Program-made: the position numbers and the translations under genes | Shown here: piece by piece, positions 36,131-49,800 of the stretch | How the letters are laid out: every line of letters starts with the position of its first letter | How positions within the stretch are numbered: the first letter of the stretch is position 1 | The notes under the pieces: model-generated | Told to the model about the DNA's origin: nothing | Database searches by the model: none | What the model saw: the letters and a program-made list of their open reading frames with translations, nothing else | Assembly: GCF_000143415.4 (NCBI RefSeq) | Contig: NW_003314323.1 | Coordinates: forward strand, 124,001 to 188,000 | DNA: 64,000 nucleotides | Direction: 5' to 3' | DNA from: Selaginella moellendorffii | Lineage: Eukaryota > Plantae > Lycopodiophyta

Positions 36131-37129
36131 CTTGGCCCGACGACACGGGCACCACACGGGTTTCTCGACACGGACACCAGTAGCAAGCACCATTCTTCGA
36201 AGTGATGAAACCTCATCAAATCATGCAATCCCCTTTGAGATCCTGGAAATGTTGGAAGCCACTCTGAACTTCTTCATCTTCATTACCCGGATGGTCGCCC
36301 TCAACAAAGTTGTAGTAAGCCTGCGTCAGCTCCAGTGAGATTCAGCAAATTAACTCCTTTAATCCAAAACTCTGGGATTATGGGAGGGGGTAAAGTGGGC
36401 GGTGCGCATGATGTTCAACGTCAACGGGCGTTCCATTCTTCGCGAGAGTAAGCAGCGGTGATCGACGTCCAGGCCGCCACATTCTAGCTTTCCATGCTCT
36501 CAACTAACCTCGTCGCACCATCGCCAGTGGTTTCCGTATTGATCAAGAAGCCGCTAGAGTTCTCTGGGAGATGCAAGGAGGACAATATGTCGTTCCTTAG
36601 CTGGAAGCTAGCGCCAAACTCACGGCCTTGAGCTCGGCAGCGACCTGATCTGCTAGCTTGGACGACACAAGGGAAGGTCTCCCACATCCTGGGAAGAGTT
36701 TCCTGGGAGAAGCTTCGCGGATGTGCCATCACTTCCCGGAGTGCAGCGAGGAGGTGACGGTGAAAGAGCCTCCCGGCATTGAGATTTCCCTACCAGGAGC
36801 AAGAACAAGCCTCCATAATGTCATCTTGTCCGCCTTGTAGCTCCAAGAGCCGAAATACCGCGATCACGTCGACGCGTCGGCCGTGCTGCGCGTAGGCCTC
36901 GTTCCAGAAGACGATATTACGCACCGCTCACTGCTGCTAGCAAGCAGTTCCATAATTTACTGTGAGGTGGGTTGTTGAGGAGCAGAGTAGAGTCTGTGTA
37001 CGAGATGGTTCAAGGTCTCCTATGTAAAAAAGTATAATGTGAAGTTTTCGTGGCAGATTCTTCAGAGATGATTGTTCAAGTAATTGTTTCTCTGGTCAAT
37101 GGAATGGAATGAAAGTCCATTATTAATAT

Positions 37130-37790
37130 CGCGCCACGCCCTGAGAGCAGCGCTTGTGTCTGAGAAGCCTCGCGAGGGACAGGTGATCTCTACACTCGCT
37201 ACTTCTGCTTATCGTGAAATGGAGTGGAGAACAGACGAACTCAGGGAGATCGCAGCCAGGAGCGAGACGATGCCAGGGCCGAGTTCCTGGCGTCGTCGCG
37301 CGAGGCGCTGGTCGCCCTGAGAACAGCGCTTGTGTCTGGGAAATGGGAGAAGCCTCGCGAGAGAGAGGTGATCTCTACGGTCGCTACTTTCGCTTGTGGC
37401 GAAGTGGAGTGGACGACGGACGAGCTCAGGGAGATCGCAGTCAGTGCGATCGATTGTCTCGGCTCGTCTACGGAGCAGCTGGTTTTGCGAGAACTTTTGC
37501 TGGAGATCCACGCGAGTTTGAGGCATGGAACAAGAGAAGCTGCTCAAAGCTGTTTGTATGAAGGGAATCCAATGTGCACAGCCAGACCAGACATTCTTCT
37601 CAAGGCGCTTCTAATGACATCGTTTTGGCGCATCAAATCACTTGGATACTTTCGCAGGCAAGTCCTTGTTCTCCAGCTAGCTCTAACTCGGAGATTTATT
37701 TTCTTGAGGTGTAGATTGGCCGTGTGCTTCAATCAAGATACGTAACTTGTTTTGAGTTTTTGCTTTCCTGTAGTGCCGAGGATTGAACTC
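37130..37790 (+). pseudogene. TTI2-like fragments (internal partial tandem duplication)
   Basis: QERDDARAEFLASSREALVALRTALVSGKWEKPREREVIS matches the intact gene and is preceded by a second partial copy. Confidence 0.8.
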
Positions 37791-37794
37791 CAAC

Positions 37795-37829
<35 letters not shown>

Positions 37830-38339
37830 GTTGAATTTCTTCACTTTGACATTCAGAGCACTGGGCAGAAATCTACCTACTTTTATTAATAGATAATATT
37901 AAAAATAAAATAAACTTCTAGTTTGCATTCGAACTTGGAAACTTGACCTTGCAAACATGTAAAAGCTCTTTAGAAAAACAGAATGCAAAAAATGTACTAA
38001 GGGGATACCATAACTCACCTTTGGTTTTCTCTTCATCACAGACTCAGTATATCCTTTTCCATTCCTTCCACATTCCTTCAGTATATCGTAATCTACCCAT
38101 ACCTCTTAGTTTTGTGCTTTAATTCTTTTAATGCTAGCTTTTTTTCACAAGAAAATCTTTGCTTCCATTCCTTCCACATTCCTTCCATACCTAGAACAAC
38201 CCAAAACCCTAGAAGAAAATTCTAATAACATAGAATATTAACTTTCATAGGGGCACCAAAGATAATTAAAGGGTTGTGACTCTCATAATCCAGAAAGTTG
38301 CATAGGTGTTGCAAAGTCTAAAAGAGAGAACATTGTAAG

Positions 38340-38640
38340 AAAAGTTTCCACATGGAGTCTGGAAAGTGGTTTTATCTTTGTGCTCTGGAGCAATGAGTAG
38401 CTAATGTAGCCCACATAGCCAGAGTAAAACAACCAAGTTGTCGATGATGGAGGGCACGAAGCTTACCATTGGATTTGATGACTGGAGGAGAGCCACTCTG
38501 TGTAGTCCACTAGATAGATGAAGTCCACAGAAAGGAGGTGTTTCAATTCGGCCTTAGATTTGCATTTGGATCTTGTCACGAACGCCCTCTTTGAGTGTGA
38601 TCTCGTGATCATGTTGTCTGGGACTCCCATGCAAAGATGT
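38340..38640 (+). pseudogene. Possible degenerate DEAH helicase fragment unrelated to the local helicase
   Basis: ESGK, then DEVH (frameshift) ERR...DLHLDLV..DLVIMLSGT, in motif I-II-III order. Confidence 0.35.
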
Positions 38641-40109
38641 CCTTGAAGTGGTGGAGCAAGTTGACGAGTTGTGTTGTGGACTAGTTGTCGAGAGCACTTG
38701 CAAGACAGGCTGGATCCTTGTCTGCTGAGAGGAAGACTTCATGGCATCAGCTGAACAAAGCCAGAAAACAGGAGGAGTTTCACAAGGTACGCACAAAGTT
38801 CAGCTTTTTTACTGGTCCTAAGATTCAAGGGCCCGAGATCAAGAGCCTGAGATCGAGAGCCCGAGATTTTTACTGGTCCCAGGGCCTGAGATCGCAGAGA
38901 TCCAAACGCAAACAACATCTTCTCCAATCATTTTCTTCTTGTGTTTTCGATTGCTCTTAGGCCAAGGAGAGTGATACTGTGGTGGAAGCCAGCAACCAAG
39001 TTGCTCAGTGGTACATCATGGACGAGTACAATTGTCCAGGACACAAGTTTGGATCCGGGATATCATCACAGAGGTGCATCTCATGCATTGATCAGCTAGG
39101 CGTTGAGAACACACACCAGATCCTACACGCATCAAACCCTAAGTACTTCCTCTATATATCCTTGGATCAAAGGAATGTGCTGATATCCACATCACACATT
39201 CCATTGGGATGCCACTAACTTGTCCAAGGATAACAAGACAACCTGAAGGAAACACAAGTGGATTGATCCAAGGCAATCTGTCAAAGGTAATTGTTGGAAC
39301 TTCAAAACAATTGCAAAGGCAAAAGTATAGACATGACCTGAGAGTAAATCTATTCTCAGAAAATTGATACTCTAATCTTTAATTGGACATAGTTTTTTAT
39401 CATATTAGTAATCACTTTATATACTGTAGAGCATTTTTAGTTGATGTGAAATTTCTAGGTGTGTGTCCTTGAATTCCGATATCAGTTTGCAAGTAGCATT
39501 TATTCATTATAAAGACAAGCAATGGACTATGCAATCCTTAAAGTCAAAAACTTAAAAGGGAATCTCCTAATATTGTTCTGTTTCTTTTTTGAAAGCTGAT
39601 GCTAAGTCCTTCTATATTCTTAAAAATAGAATATACTTGAACATACTTGATAATTGTTTAAAAATATAACTTATTAATATTTTAAATAATAAAAAATAAG
39701 ATTTAAATATATTTATAACAAAGTAGCTTTTCTACCTTTCACTTGGCTATAAATATTGCATTTAGACTTTTACCCTTTTGAGATTTTGACCTCTTCACCT
39801 GGAGCAGCTAAATAGCTAAGCCTTTGCCTCCTTAGGAACTCCACTCCCACTACCTAGACTAGCAATATATTGTCATGCAGTTGCCTCAAAATATCCACCA
39901 GGCCCTTTGATCACTAATTCATAAGACCATTTTGGTTTGAATCCTCATTTATCAGCTCAGTCCCTCATTCAATCTTGAATGCCATTTGCCACAAGGAAAA
40001 AAATGATGTGGGATAGCTCTTTTTAGCTGAAAACTGAAAAGACAACATTTGGTTTTGTTTTGTGGTAGCTTTATATTTAATAAGAACCTCTTGAAAAGCA
40101 TTCAGTGGC

Positions 40110-40480
40110 TGAACATATGACATTGCCCACTCTATTGCTGAGGCCCCTTCGACAAAAAATGGACCATAATTTAATCAATTAGCTAATATAGGTTGTCTAT
40201 CCAAATCCAAGCAAAGCTTAGCAATTCAATCAAGAGCTTCTCGCACATATCACTAGAGGGATGTTGCTCTGGCCCAACCAAAAATTACCTCTTTGCACTC
40301 ACTCTTGTGCTGCGAGGCCATATGGCTCCAGTGCCTCCTGGGTGCATCGCAAGATTAATTCTCACACCAAACACCTCACCATTTCATGCGGGATTGAAGA
40401 CAACATTATCCAGCTGATTTACTATCTTACACAAGAAATGACTGCAAACATCTTGACAAAGCCCCTGCTTCCTAGCAAGC
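40110..40480 (+). mobile_element. Ty1/Copia RNaseH remnant
   Basis: SHTKHLTI...IEDNIIQLIYYLTQEMTANILTKPL resembles SRTKHIDI...I.L.Y.PT..M.ADILTKPL. Confidence 0.65.
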
Positions 40481-41049
40481 TTTCTCCCTCATCTAAGATG
40501 CAGCCACGTGGTATGCCACGTGGCACATAAAGCGGACACTCGACACTTTTCGGATGATCTCGTATACAATCTCACATTGGAGATCATAACCATCCCTCCC
40601 TTACTCTCGACTGAGTTGAAACGAGCGAGGTTTCGTCAATGAGGTGATCTCGATGGATGCATTGTCTAAACCGCTACTCTTGCGAAGAAATGAAAACCGC
40701 AGCAGAGGAAAGGTTGGAGACTCTCACCAGTGGTTGTTTGCTTGGGGCCGTTGGCGTTCGTCTGGGACGCAATGCAATGGGACGCTGTTATGCAGCTTGT
40801 TTCATGGCGTTGCTGTGGCTGCTGCCGCGTCTTCCATGTCGTCCCATCCATCGCTCGTCTTTGGTCATCGGCTACGCTGTCGAAGAAATCTTCGCTCAAG
40901 GAAGTGCTGGGCTGGGGTGCTATGAGAGAGCTCACAGTGCAGCTTTAGACGATAAGAGATAGTCAGCTATCCAAAGTTATAAGCATTTACAAACCCGAGA
41001 AGACCCGACGTTGCAACAGGCAGAATACTGGGGCTCACTCCATCCTCGA

Positions 41050-42500
41050 GCTCAGAGTAGATTTTTGATAAAGTTACTTCGATGTGGACAATGCTGACCT
41101 TGTTGTGATGCTTCCGGACAAGTAGCTTCAAAGGCTTTAGTCCTCACATCAGTTAAGCAACTAGAATAAAAGATGGAGCAACCTGTAGTTACTGGCTTGT
41201 GGCCCATTATACCTTGTCAGGGAAGAGCTCAAACGCATACCAGCACCCCTTGCAGGAGCAAATCCATCCCTTAGAGCCTTTGCCGTGATGCGTTGATCAG
41301 ACTCTTGCATGAAAAATGTAACTTGATTCGAAGAACAAGAGGAGAATGTACGTTAAGAAGGCCGGCAGTGTTCAGGTTCTTCGTCAACATGATAGAGACT
41401 AAGAAAAATAAAAGAGAAAAAGGAACTTGCAATTTCGATAAGTGTTTCAACAGAGATCCCATAATGGTTAACTGCTTTCAGGCAATGGAAATACCTTTGG
41501 TGCAAAAATGAGCATTGACTTCAACGTGTGTTCGAAAAACCAGTGGCTGCGAAAAAAACCCGTGCAGGCATTTTTAGTTTCTAAATTCGAGTGAATGCAC
41601 AACTCAACTTGCTCATGGAAAAGTATTTCCATACTGATCACTTGCTCAAATAAACTTGCTCGAATAGTACGGTCAGTCGACGCAAAGAACAATAAATTGT
41701 GAAAAAAAGGTCAGTCACCTTACAAATAAGGATAAAATGCAGAACAACGGTGCAGCGTTGCCAATCAAAAACTTAATAAAAGAAAAATGCAGTAGGCTAT
41801 TGTGACAGCCAAGCCCCCATTTAAAAAATGGAGGTAACGGCTGCTGCGGACCCAAACTCCAGAACTGAAGCCACCATTGGAAGAATCTGCGCGAAAAACT
41901 GAGTCCGGTACTATCAGGGAAATGCTGTACCTTTTTCAAGGAAGCTGTATCCTTGAGGCCATAAACTGGACTGTTTCCAGAAGTTTATTTTGAAAGAAAT
42001 CTGCGCATCAAACCGAGTAAATAGAAAATAGTGCTCGATAATATTACCGCTGTTTTCTATCAACTTTGAAGCATCGTGAGGGCTGAAAGCAACCTTTGAT
42101 AATCGGGCAACAAGTTCTGCAAATTTATGTTAATACCACTATCACTCCGGCACACAAACCTTGGGAATTGGTGCTGTGTTTCGTGACTCCCCTGTTTTTG
42201 ACATCGAGAATAGCTCGTACGTCAAGCATCCTACAGCGACCATTCTAGAAAGCAATTGTAATCGAAACACTCACCTAGACCCCACGCATCCAGTTCATAT
42301 CGAGGAGATTTGCGAATTAACAAATTCTAAAGACTTGTACTGGCTCCCCACTAACCATTCATATTGCTGCTCACACGCACCAAAATGACAACAGCGAAAA
42401 ATACAGGGACTTACAAGCATGAGTCCAGATCCGGATTCGCACCATCGAAGCACGTCGAAGGCATGAATCTTCCAATCCAGTGAAGGAGTACACCATAAAT
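41050..42500 (-). pseudogene. SCY1-like pseudokinase fragment, copy 3
   Basis: Nearly identical to 32831-33920 and extends further, like copy 1 ([19 protein letters not shown]). Confidence 0.75.
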
Positions 42501-42587
42501 CTCGATGCCTATGGGAGATTGTTGAGGAACTTGAATGGAAAACCCTTTTTGTGGCCTTCATAAAAGAAGCCCCTTTTGTACTAGGGT

Positions 42588-43601
42588 ATGGACATTTTGG
42601 TGCACATAATTGAGCAGGAGGTGTTGAAGCGCTTGCCTCCAGTTGCTTTGCACTGCCGCATTAGAGCTGTGTGCAGACAATGGAGGGATCTTGTAGATTC
42701 ACCAGGATTTGCAAAGTTTTATTCAGCATACTACTCTAAAAGTAAGCATCTACCTCCTCCTCGTGTCTTGGGTATAACTAGAAATGGTGAGGATATCTAC
42801 AGCTGCAACCCGTTTGTTGCTAGATCTGAAGCACCAAAAGATTGGGTCCATCAAGATGTCTACAGTCACATCAGGGTTTTCAGAACTTGTGGTGGATTGC
42901 TGCTTGGAACGATGGGTGATGATTATGTTGTTCTCAATCCGCTTACTAGAGCTCTCAAGGTGCTTCCCCCACCGCCTCTGAAAGAGGTTTCAAGGGCAGT
43001 CGTATATATACTCCTGCGTCTTCATTCTGCCCTGGTATTGGAACCGTCCATGCAGCGGTACTGGATCTGTATAGCAGAAGAGCGATTGCATGTATATGAC
43101 TCAAGATCAGGGGTGTGGGACCAAGTGGATTACCTTCCTGGCTGGTCTCATCTCATATATGGAGTGGGGATGGCCAACAGCAAAGCTTATTTTAATTCGA
43201 ATCAGGGGATATTGAGCTTCAACATGGAAGAAATGAGATGGTCCATCGAGTGGTCATCATCCAATCGACCTATGGGAGCTGGTTGGGCCAATTGGGTGGT
43301 AACAACAGCACCCCAGTTCTTCATTGTGGTTATAGGAGCAGTTTGTGGGGTTGTGAAGATGATGCTAATAAGGTTGGACTGTGCATCCAAGAGATTTGTT
43401 AAGGAGGCAAGCTTTCCTTACAACGAGGAATGCCATCTTATCCCTCCGGCCTGTTTCTACGAAGGCACCTTCATGATTCCGGATAAGAGTAAGGTGTTTT
43501 TTTTGGATTATGAGAGTAAGACCTGGACTAACATTCCAACTCAGAACCCTTCAGTTGTGATGTCTGCTTTTCTGTTTGCACCATCTTTGGTGCCTCCATG
43601 A
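42588..43601 (+). CDS. Intronless F-box protein with a C-terminal beta-propeller/kelch-like region, 337 aa; the only intact copy
   Basis: EVLKRLPPVALHCRIRAVCRQWRDLV F-box, GGLLLG..YVVLNPLTR.LKVLPPPP, VYDSRSGVW. Confidence 0.85.
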   Translation: MDILVHIIEQEVLKRLPPVALHCRIRAVCRQWRDLVDSPGFAKFYSAYYSKSKHLPPPRVLGITRNGEDIYSCNPFVARSEAPKDWVHQDVYSHIRVFRTCGGLLLGTMGDDYVVLNPLTRALKVLPPPPLKEVSRAVVYILLRLHSALVLEPSMQRYWICIAEERLHVYDSRSGVWDQVDYLPGWSHLIYGVGMANSKAYFNSNQGILSFNMEEMRWSIEWSSSNRPMGAGWANWVVTTAPQFFIVVIGAVCGVVKMMLIRLDCASKRFVKEASFPYNEECHLIPPACFYEGTFMIPDKSKVFFLDYESKTWTNIPTQNPSVVMSAFLFAPSLVPP

Positions 43602-43904
43602 AAGTTAATATTTTATGTTATTAGAATTTTCTTCTAGGCATCCAAGTGTTCATAAGTTCTCTTGCACACCCATTTATGATCAATAAGTTTTCAATTGAAC
43701 AGTATAAAACACTATTCAAATTAACAGCACTGAAGGAATGTGGAAGGAATGGAAGAGTAGATCACGATATACTAAGCCTGTGAAGGAGAGAAAATCAAAG
43801 GTGAGTAATGGTATAGTACATTTTTGCATCCTTTGTTTCTAGAGGGGATTGCATCAAGTTTCCAAGGCCACGAGCTTCGAATAAATTATTTGTTGACCAA
43901 ATTA

Positions 43905-44280
43905 AGAGCGGGCTGAACAGCAGTTTTGACTACGAGCAGCCATAACTCGTCGCATCCAGCAATGTTGTTACATATGGCATCTAGTAGAAACGTTTGTACC
44001 ACCTCAACTCTGATGGAGTTCATGCTCTGCAATCCTTGGTGCTACAGAAAAAAAAGTAGCGAAAACACAAAACAAGCTGAGAATCTAAAGCTGTAAGATG
44101 CAGTGCTGGCCGAGCCAATCTATATTTCAAGAAAAGAAATCTCTGAAAGAACTTGCCTGCGAAACCATGTGATGTTCTTGAAAGAATGCCCTTCTCTATA
44201 CAAACTTTGAGCAGCTTCTCCATGCTGCGTAGAGGTCACCTGTCTCTCGCAAAGCTTCTACACAAGCACTGCTCTCAGGC
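43905..44280 (-). pseudogene. TTI2-like fragment
   Basis: Matches 22850-23360 and 35225-36130, and is followed by XTH 3'-flank sequence (44330-44470). Confidence 0.7.
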
Positions 44281-46317
44281 TTGGCCCGACGACATGGGCA
44301 CCACACGGGTTTCTCAACACGGACACCAGTAGCAAGCACCATTCTCGAAGTGATGAAACCTCATCAAATCATGCAATCCTCTTTGAGATCCTGGAAATGT
44401 TGGAAGCCATGTGACAGTCTGAACAAACTCTAAACTTCTTCATCTTCATTACCCGGATGGTCGTCCTCAACAAAGTTGTAGTAAGCCTGCATCAGCTCCA
44501 GTGAGATGGCTTGCTCACTCAGCAAATTAACTCCTTTAATCCAAAACTCTGGGATTATGGGAGGGGGTTAAGGCGGTGTGCATGATGTTCGTCGTCAACG
44601 GACAGTTGTGAGGATGTAGTACATCTGAGATCACTGTATGGCTAAGACACATGGTGACACGTGGTGGATCTGGAGAGTCGCAACTCTCACCTGTGTATGT
44701 CCGCTTTTGCCACGTGGCATACCACGTGGCTGCATCTTAGATGAGGGAGAAAACTGCTAGGAAGCAAGGGCTTCGTCAAGATGTTTGCATGTGTAATATA
44801 GTAAATCAGATAGAAAGTAGTGAAGAGCAAAAATAATGGTAAAAAGAAGGATACAAATTCTTTATAATTAATTTATTTTAATTATTATTTGTTCTAAAAT
44901 TTAATGATAATTATTTATTTTTTCTCTTGGAGTGCTTATCAAAATATATGTCTAAGAATTTTTGTAAGTATTTTTTATGTGATATGTAAGATTAATAAAT
45001 TAATTTTTTAAATGACAAAATAAAACATAAAAATCTTTTTCTGAGCTTTTTAGTGTTCTCCAGTACATTAGTTTAAAATAATAATTAATTTTTAAAGTTA
45101 TTTTAAAAGTTTAATATTAATATCACATAAAAATAATGACTATTATAACTACTTTGGATAGCCACATCAAAATTGTGTGCAGACAATTATATACTGAAAA
45201 ACACACCATTATAATTTCATGACCATTTTATAGTTTTTTTTAAAACATACATTATATGATTTTTTTAATTCATAGATATATTATTTTGTATTTGTAATTC
45301 AAATAGCTATCCACTATATATATTTATATAGAGTTTTGGGTGATTAATTATTCCAATTAAATTTCAACTATTAAATCCACACATTAAATACTCATTATCT
45401 TTTATATGTAGAATATTTTATCCTTAATTTATATCTATAATAAATTAATGAATATCATCAATTTAAAAAACTATTTTACAAATATATATATTTGTATCAG
45501 CAAAAACTAGCCCCATACTATTTTAGTTATCTTCATACATAACTAAGTATTCATCATTACCTAGTTAATACAAAAACTAATCTACCAGCTTTTTAAAAAA
45601 ATTATTATTCTAATTATCTTGTCTTTATTTTTTAGTTCTACACCTAAATGATCTAACTAATAGCTTATACGCGCATAGACTGAAGAGGTATGACTTCATC
45701 CCTGACCCCGCCGCAGCCATCATGACTGCATGGTGTCGGTCCGCCATTGCTCCCACGTTCCCCATCCGATTGGCCCACACCCTGCAGAGCTGGCCGCTCC
45801 ATATGCTCGTAAGCATTGACACAAACCAAATGGCAGTTACAAATAGAATAAAAAAATAAAACACAAGAAAAGGACATGTTATGTGACTTCAATCAGTAAG
45901 TCACAGGGTGCCCAATGGGTGATTTAAGAAATCGACATTGTTTTTTATTTTATCAATGGATATTAGTTCCAAAATCCAATATAGCTATGGCAAGAGCTAT
46001 GCTTTTGTAAAGATTTTTATTTGTACCAAATTGCCAGTGTGCCTCTGTGCGAGAACTTATGAGTGAATCAAGAACTTGCACACTTTCCAGCTCGATGGAT
46101 AGCTCACTATCTGCAACTCGAGATGGAAAGATTTATATAGTGCTATTAAACGCAAGATTAAATTGCTAGTGGCTACAAGTGAATCAAGAACTTGTCCATT
46201 TTCCAGCTCGATGGACATGCCGCACCATGATTTTGGAGCAGCCGCTGGGAAGTCCTTCCATTTCATTCTCAACCTCCACAAGCAAAGTCATCTTCTGAGT
46301 TTCCAGAGGGAATGGAG

Positions 46318-46653
46318 TATGTCCCCCCCCGGGGAAAAGTTGAAAGAATCTTGTGATATTTGGGCTCTGGGGAAAGATTGCATATGAGGAGTTTCAAACA
46401 CCTCAGGTTCTCAGCGAGTTATGAAGATTTGCCCCTTGTTCTCTTCGACTGGTCGAGGGTTCCGGTGTTAGCCAAGGATTTGATGCTGGGGATGCTAAAT
46501 CTGGACAAGAAAAAACGATTGACGGCAGCCCAGATCTTGGAACATCCGTGGATCACTCAAAAATACAATAGGCCAGCCCCAGAAACAAAGGTGGAAGTCG
46601 AAGCAAAACAGGATGTGAGAACTGAATTGATAATGATCATGCCAATGTACTGA
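46318..46653 (+). pseudogene. C-terminal kinase fragment
   Basis: MSPPGEKLKESCDIWALG (deletion) ...YEDLPLVLFDWSRVPVLAKD, a copy of 28070-28455. Confidence 0.85.
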
Positions 46654-46859
46654 CTGCGAGATTGCCCACAAGCAATTGGAGATACACTAAACATTTTTAG
46701 TTGATGCTAAGATACCTATCCGGCACCGAAATATTCCTATAGTGCCGTCATTTCACCTTTAGGTTTCCTTTTAAAACCAAAACTAGCGGTGCCGGGAATA
46801 TTCACTTTCATTTTTTTCACCCTAAACACGGGAGTTTGCAAGATTTCCTGCCCTGGCGG

Positions 46860-49800
46860 ACTCCGATCCAGGCGGCGCTTCAAGGCGACGATCGTCCAGA
46901 AGGTGGAGATGAACCGGGTCACGATCATCCTCGCCGAGACTGGCTCAGGTTTGCCTCTTCTTTGCTCGGATTACCCCTCTTTCGGAGCTTAGCAAGGGAA
47001 TGTGGGTCTAGGAAAGAGCTCGCGAGTCCCGCAAATGCTGCTCGAGGAAGGGTTCTCGCCCATTCTGTGCACGCAGCCGAGAAGGCTTGGCGTGGTCGCC
47101 GTGTCCAAAATGGTGGCCGAAGACTTGGACAAGAAGTGGGATTTCACATTGGTCAGATGAATCGGACAAGTTCCAGGTAAATGCTCGAGCTTTTCGAAAG
47201 TTCTAGTCTTTCCTTGATGTTTAGTTCTTGGGAACTTTTTCCTCGAGTTCTTGGAGTTCTGTGGTTCTTTCTTTTGATCTTAGATGTTCTTTTCTCCATT
47301 CCTAAGTCACGGCATTTTTCCAGCTCCGGTGTTCTTCTAGAGGAGATCAAATCCAAAGGCGTGGCTGCTCTTTCTCACTACAAGGTGGTCATACTGGATG
47401 AAATCCACGAGAGGTCTGTGGAGTCAGATATGGTTCTTTGTTGCGTCAAGATCTTGCTCTTTCGGAACAAGAACACACGGTGGGCTTCTTTTTGTCTCTT
47501 TTTTTTTCTGGATTCTCTTGCTAATGTGATTGCTGCTGCCATAGTCTGGTACTCATGTCTGCCACCGCTGACTTTAAACGCTACGAAAACTATTTTGCCG
47601 AGCTTGGCGAAACAGTTGAGAAGGTGGCTGTCTCGAACTTGGCCTCGAAGATCCAGCAACATCTGTTCCAGTGCAGCGTGAAGTATCTCGACCAGGTTCT
47701 GTATATTTTATTTCATTCGCGTTTATTTTTATCTTTCTGTTAACCATCCTCTGTCAGGTCGTGCAACAACTTGGAAACAAGGAAGAGCACTTGTCTGTAA
47801 TGAACTCGTTGGAGCAAAACCCCTCTCCCTTTAAGAACGGGACTGATATTGGGATGGAGATACAGCACCTGATTTTCGATCTTATCGCTCACATCCACAA
47901 AGATGAGCCTGATCGCAAGAAGGGAATTCTGGTCTTCCTGCCAACTTATCGTGCCTTGGAAGAGCAGTGGTCTCCCCTCACGCAACGGGCACTGGATGTG
48001 GAGATATTTGTGCTCCACAGTAGCATTGACATCGACCAATCTTTGGAAGCAATGGAGGCGTACCATTCAGTGAGGAAGGTCTTTTCTTTCCTCAATTCTC
48101 CGTCTTGTTTTTTCTGAATCCTTCTTTTCTTTCAGGTGGTTCTTGCGACTGATGTCGCCGAGTAATACCGGGAGCATCGTTCGTCATCGACTCATGCCGC
48201 TGCCTAGAAGTGTTTTGGAACTCGAAAATGAAGAGAGACGCTCCCCGGATTGTCTGGGAGTCGAACTCACAGGTGAGAAGTTGTCTTTGTCCTCCAGCCA
48301 GAACCGTATCTTTCTCCTTTCAACTGTAGGCCGAACAACGTAAGGGGCGCACAGGGCGTACCTGCGATGGTACTGTCTTTCGCATGGTGCCGCGAACAAT
48401 GTACACGACATTCAACAAGTTTGAGGTTCCCGCAATGCAGCTCTAGTCTCTACGAAAGCAAGTACTGTCACTGTTTTGCGCTCAACCACGACCTTTGAAT
48501 GATACTTTGGGTACGTCTCTTCGTTTTCTAATCGGAAATTTTGTGTTTTGTTTTTCCAGCATTCTTCGATAAATGCCTGAATCCACCGCATCCAGACACT
48601 GTTTATGATGCTTTGGAGTCACTTGAAGCACTGAACGCTCTACAGCGCGATGCTAGAGGGAAGAAGTTGCCGACTCCATACGGACAAATACTTGCGTCTC
48701 TTCCACTATCTTTGGAGGCTTCTATGCTTGTCATGGAGGGCTGCGAACGAGAACAGTCAGGCACCCGATTCTAGACACTACGCCGAGTCCGATTATCCTG
48801 CCTCTCGGAGCTAGCGGTACAGCACACTATTCTTTTCAGTACTTCAAGGAATCACAAAATGGTGTAAAGGCAATCTCGTCAAGCTGCTCTTCTTGGCAAC
48901 CTCTGCGCGTTTGAATTCTGGCAGTGCGTCTTGAAGGTACGACTTCGTTTGTTTCTTTTCCTTGTCTTTCTCACACAGCGGTGGCAAAAGCTATCCCACG
49001 AATTTTTATCCTCAACTATCGTCACCATTCATGGAGAGGAGTCGGAGAAGGAATTCTGCAAACAGCATCACCTTTCTTTGTTTTCACTCAACGCTGTCGC
49101 TGAGCTCTGTAAGTCTTTCAAGTTTTAGAACCAAACTTGATGTTTGCTTTGTTTTTGAGGCAGCTAGTTGCGTGCTAGAAGTTATGCATCGGTGGAGAAA
49201 GCTTTTAACAGGACCTCCATCTTATTATACGGCTTTCTCCTTCCAGCACCTCTGCTTTCGCAGCCAAGACGACGAGTCGTGCCTGGGACTTCCGTATGTT
49301 TCAAACGGGAGCTTCCACAACGAGAATAAGCAGTCAGATTTGCTGAAGATCATTGTGGAGGTAACTTGTTTGAACTCGTGCTTCGGTTTTCCAACACTTA
49401 CGATCCACTGTTTCAGACTCAAGCAAGATACTTAGAACCGCAGAGTAATTACGAGTCGATCCATTTTCCTAAAGAAGAGGACGGGAAAGTGCAGTGCGTG
49501 TACTTCCGTAGAGGCTTTTGCGCTAAAGGAAACGGCTGTGAGTTCTCACACTCCGTCTCTTCCACGCCAGCAGTATGCAAGTTTTTCTTGTCCGGGGATG
49601 TAAGTGTCAGCTTTTTAACTCGCATTATTCTCAAGCGATTGTATGGCAGGGATGTCGCTATGGTGCTCATTGTCGATATAAGCACGACTCGGATGTTCCA
49701 CGCTGGGACAATCGTCTTGAGCTTGACGAAGACGTAGCTCAGTTTCCTGGTGCTGTGTTCTTCCACTCGAAACTCGGAGGGCACCATGCTAGTTTTTGGA

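Larger units (their letters stand above)
40414..44810. repeat. ~120-bp inverted repeat pair (40414-40538 / 44697-44810) containing a double G-box
   Basis: tgcaaacatcttgac...catctaagatgcagccacgtggtatgccacgtggca is reverse-complemented at 44.7 kb. Confidence 0.8.

Noticed and set aside
38807-38903. Short imperfect repeats (agagcc(c/t)gagatc; ttttactggtcc) resembling an array
   Set aside because: There are no unique regular spacers, no cas genes, and the context is eukaryotic. Simple slippage repeats, not CRISPR.
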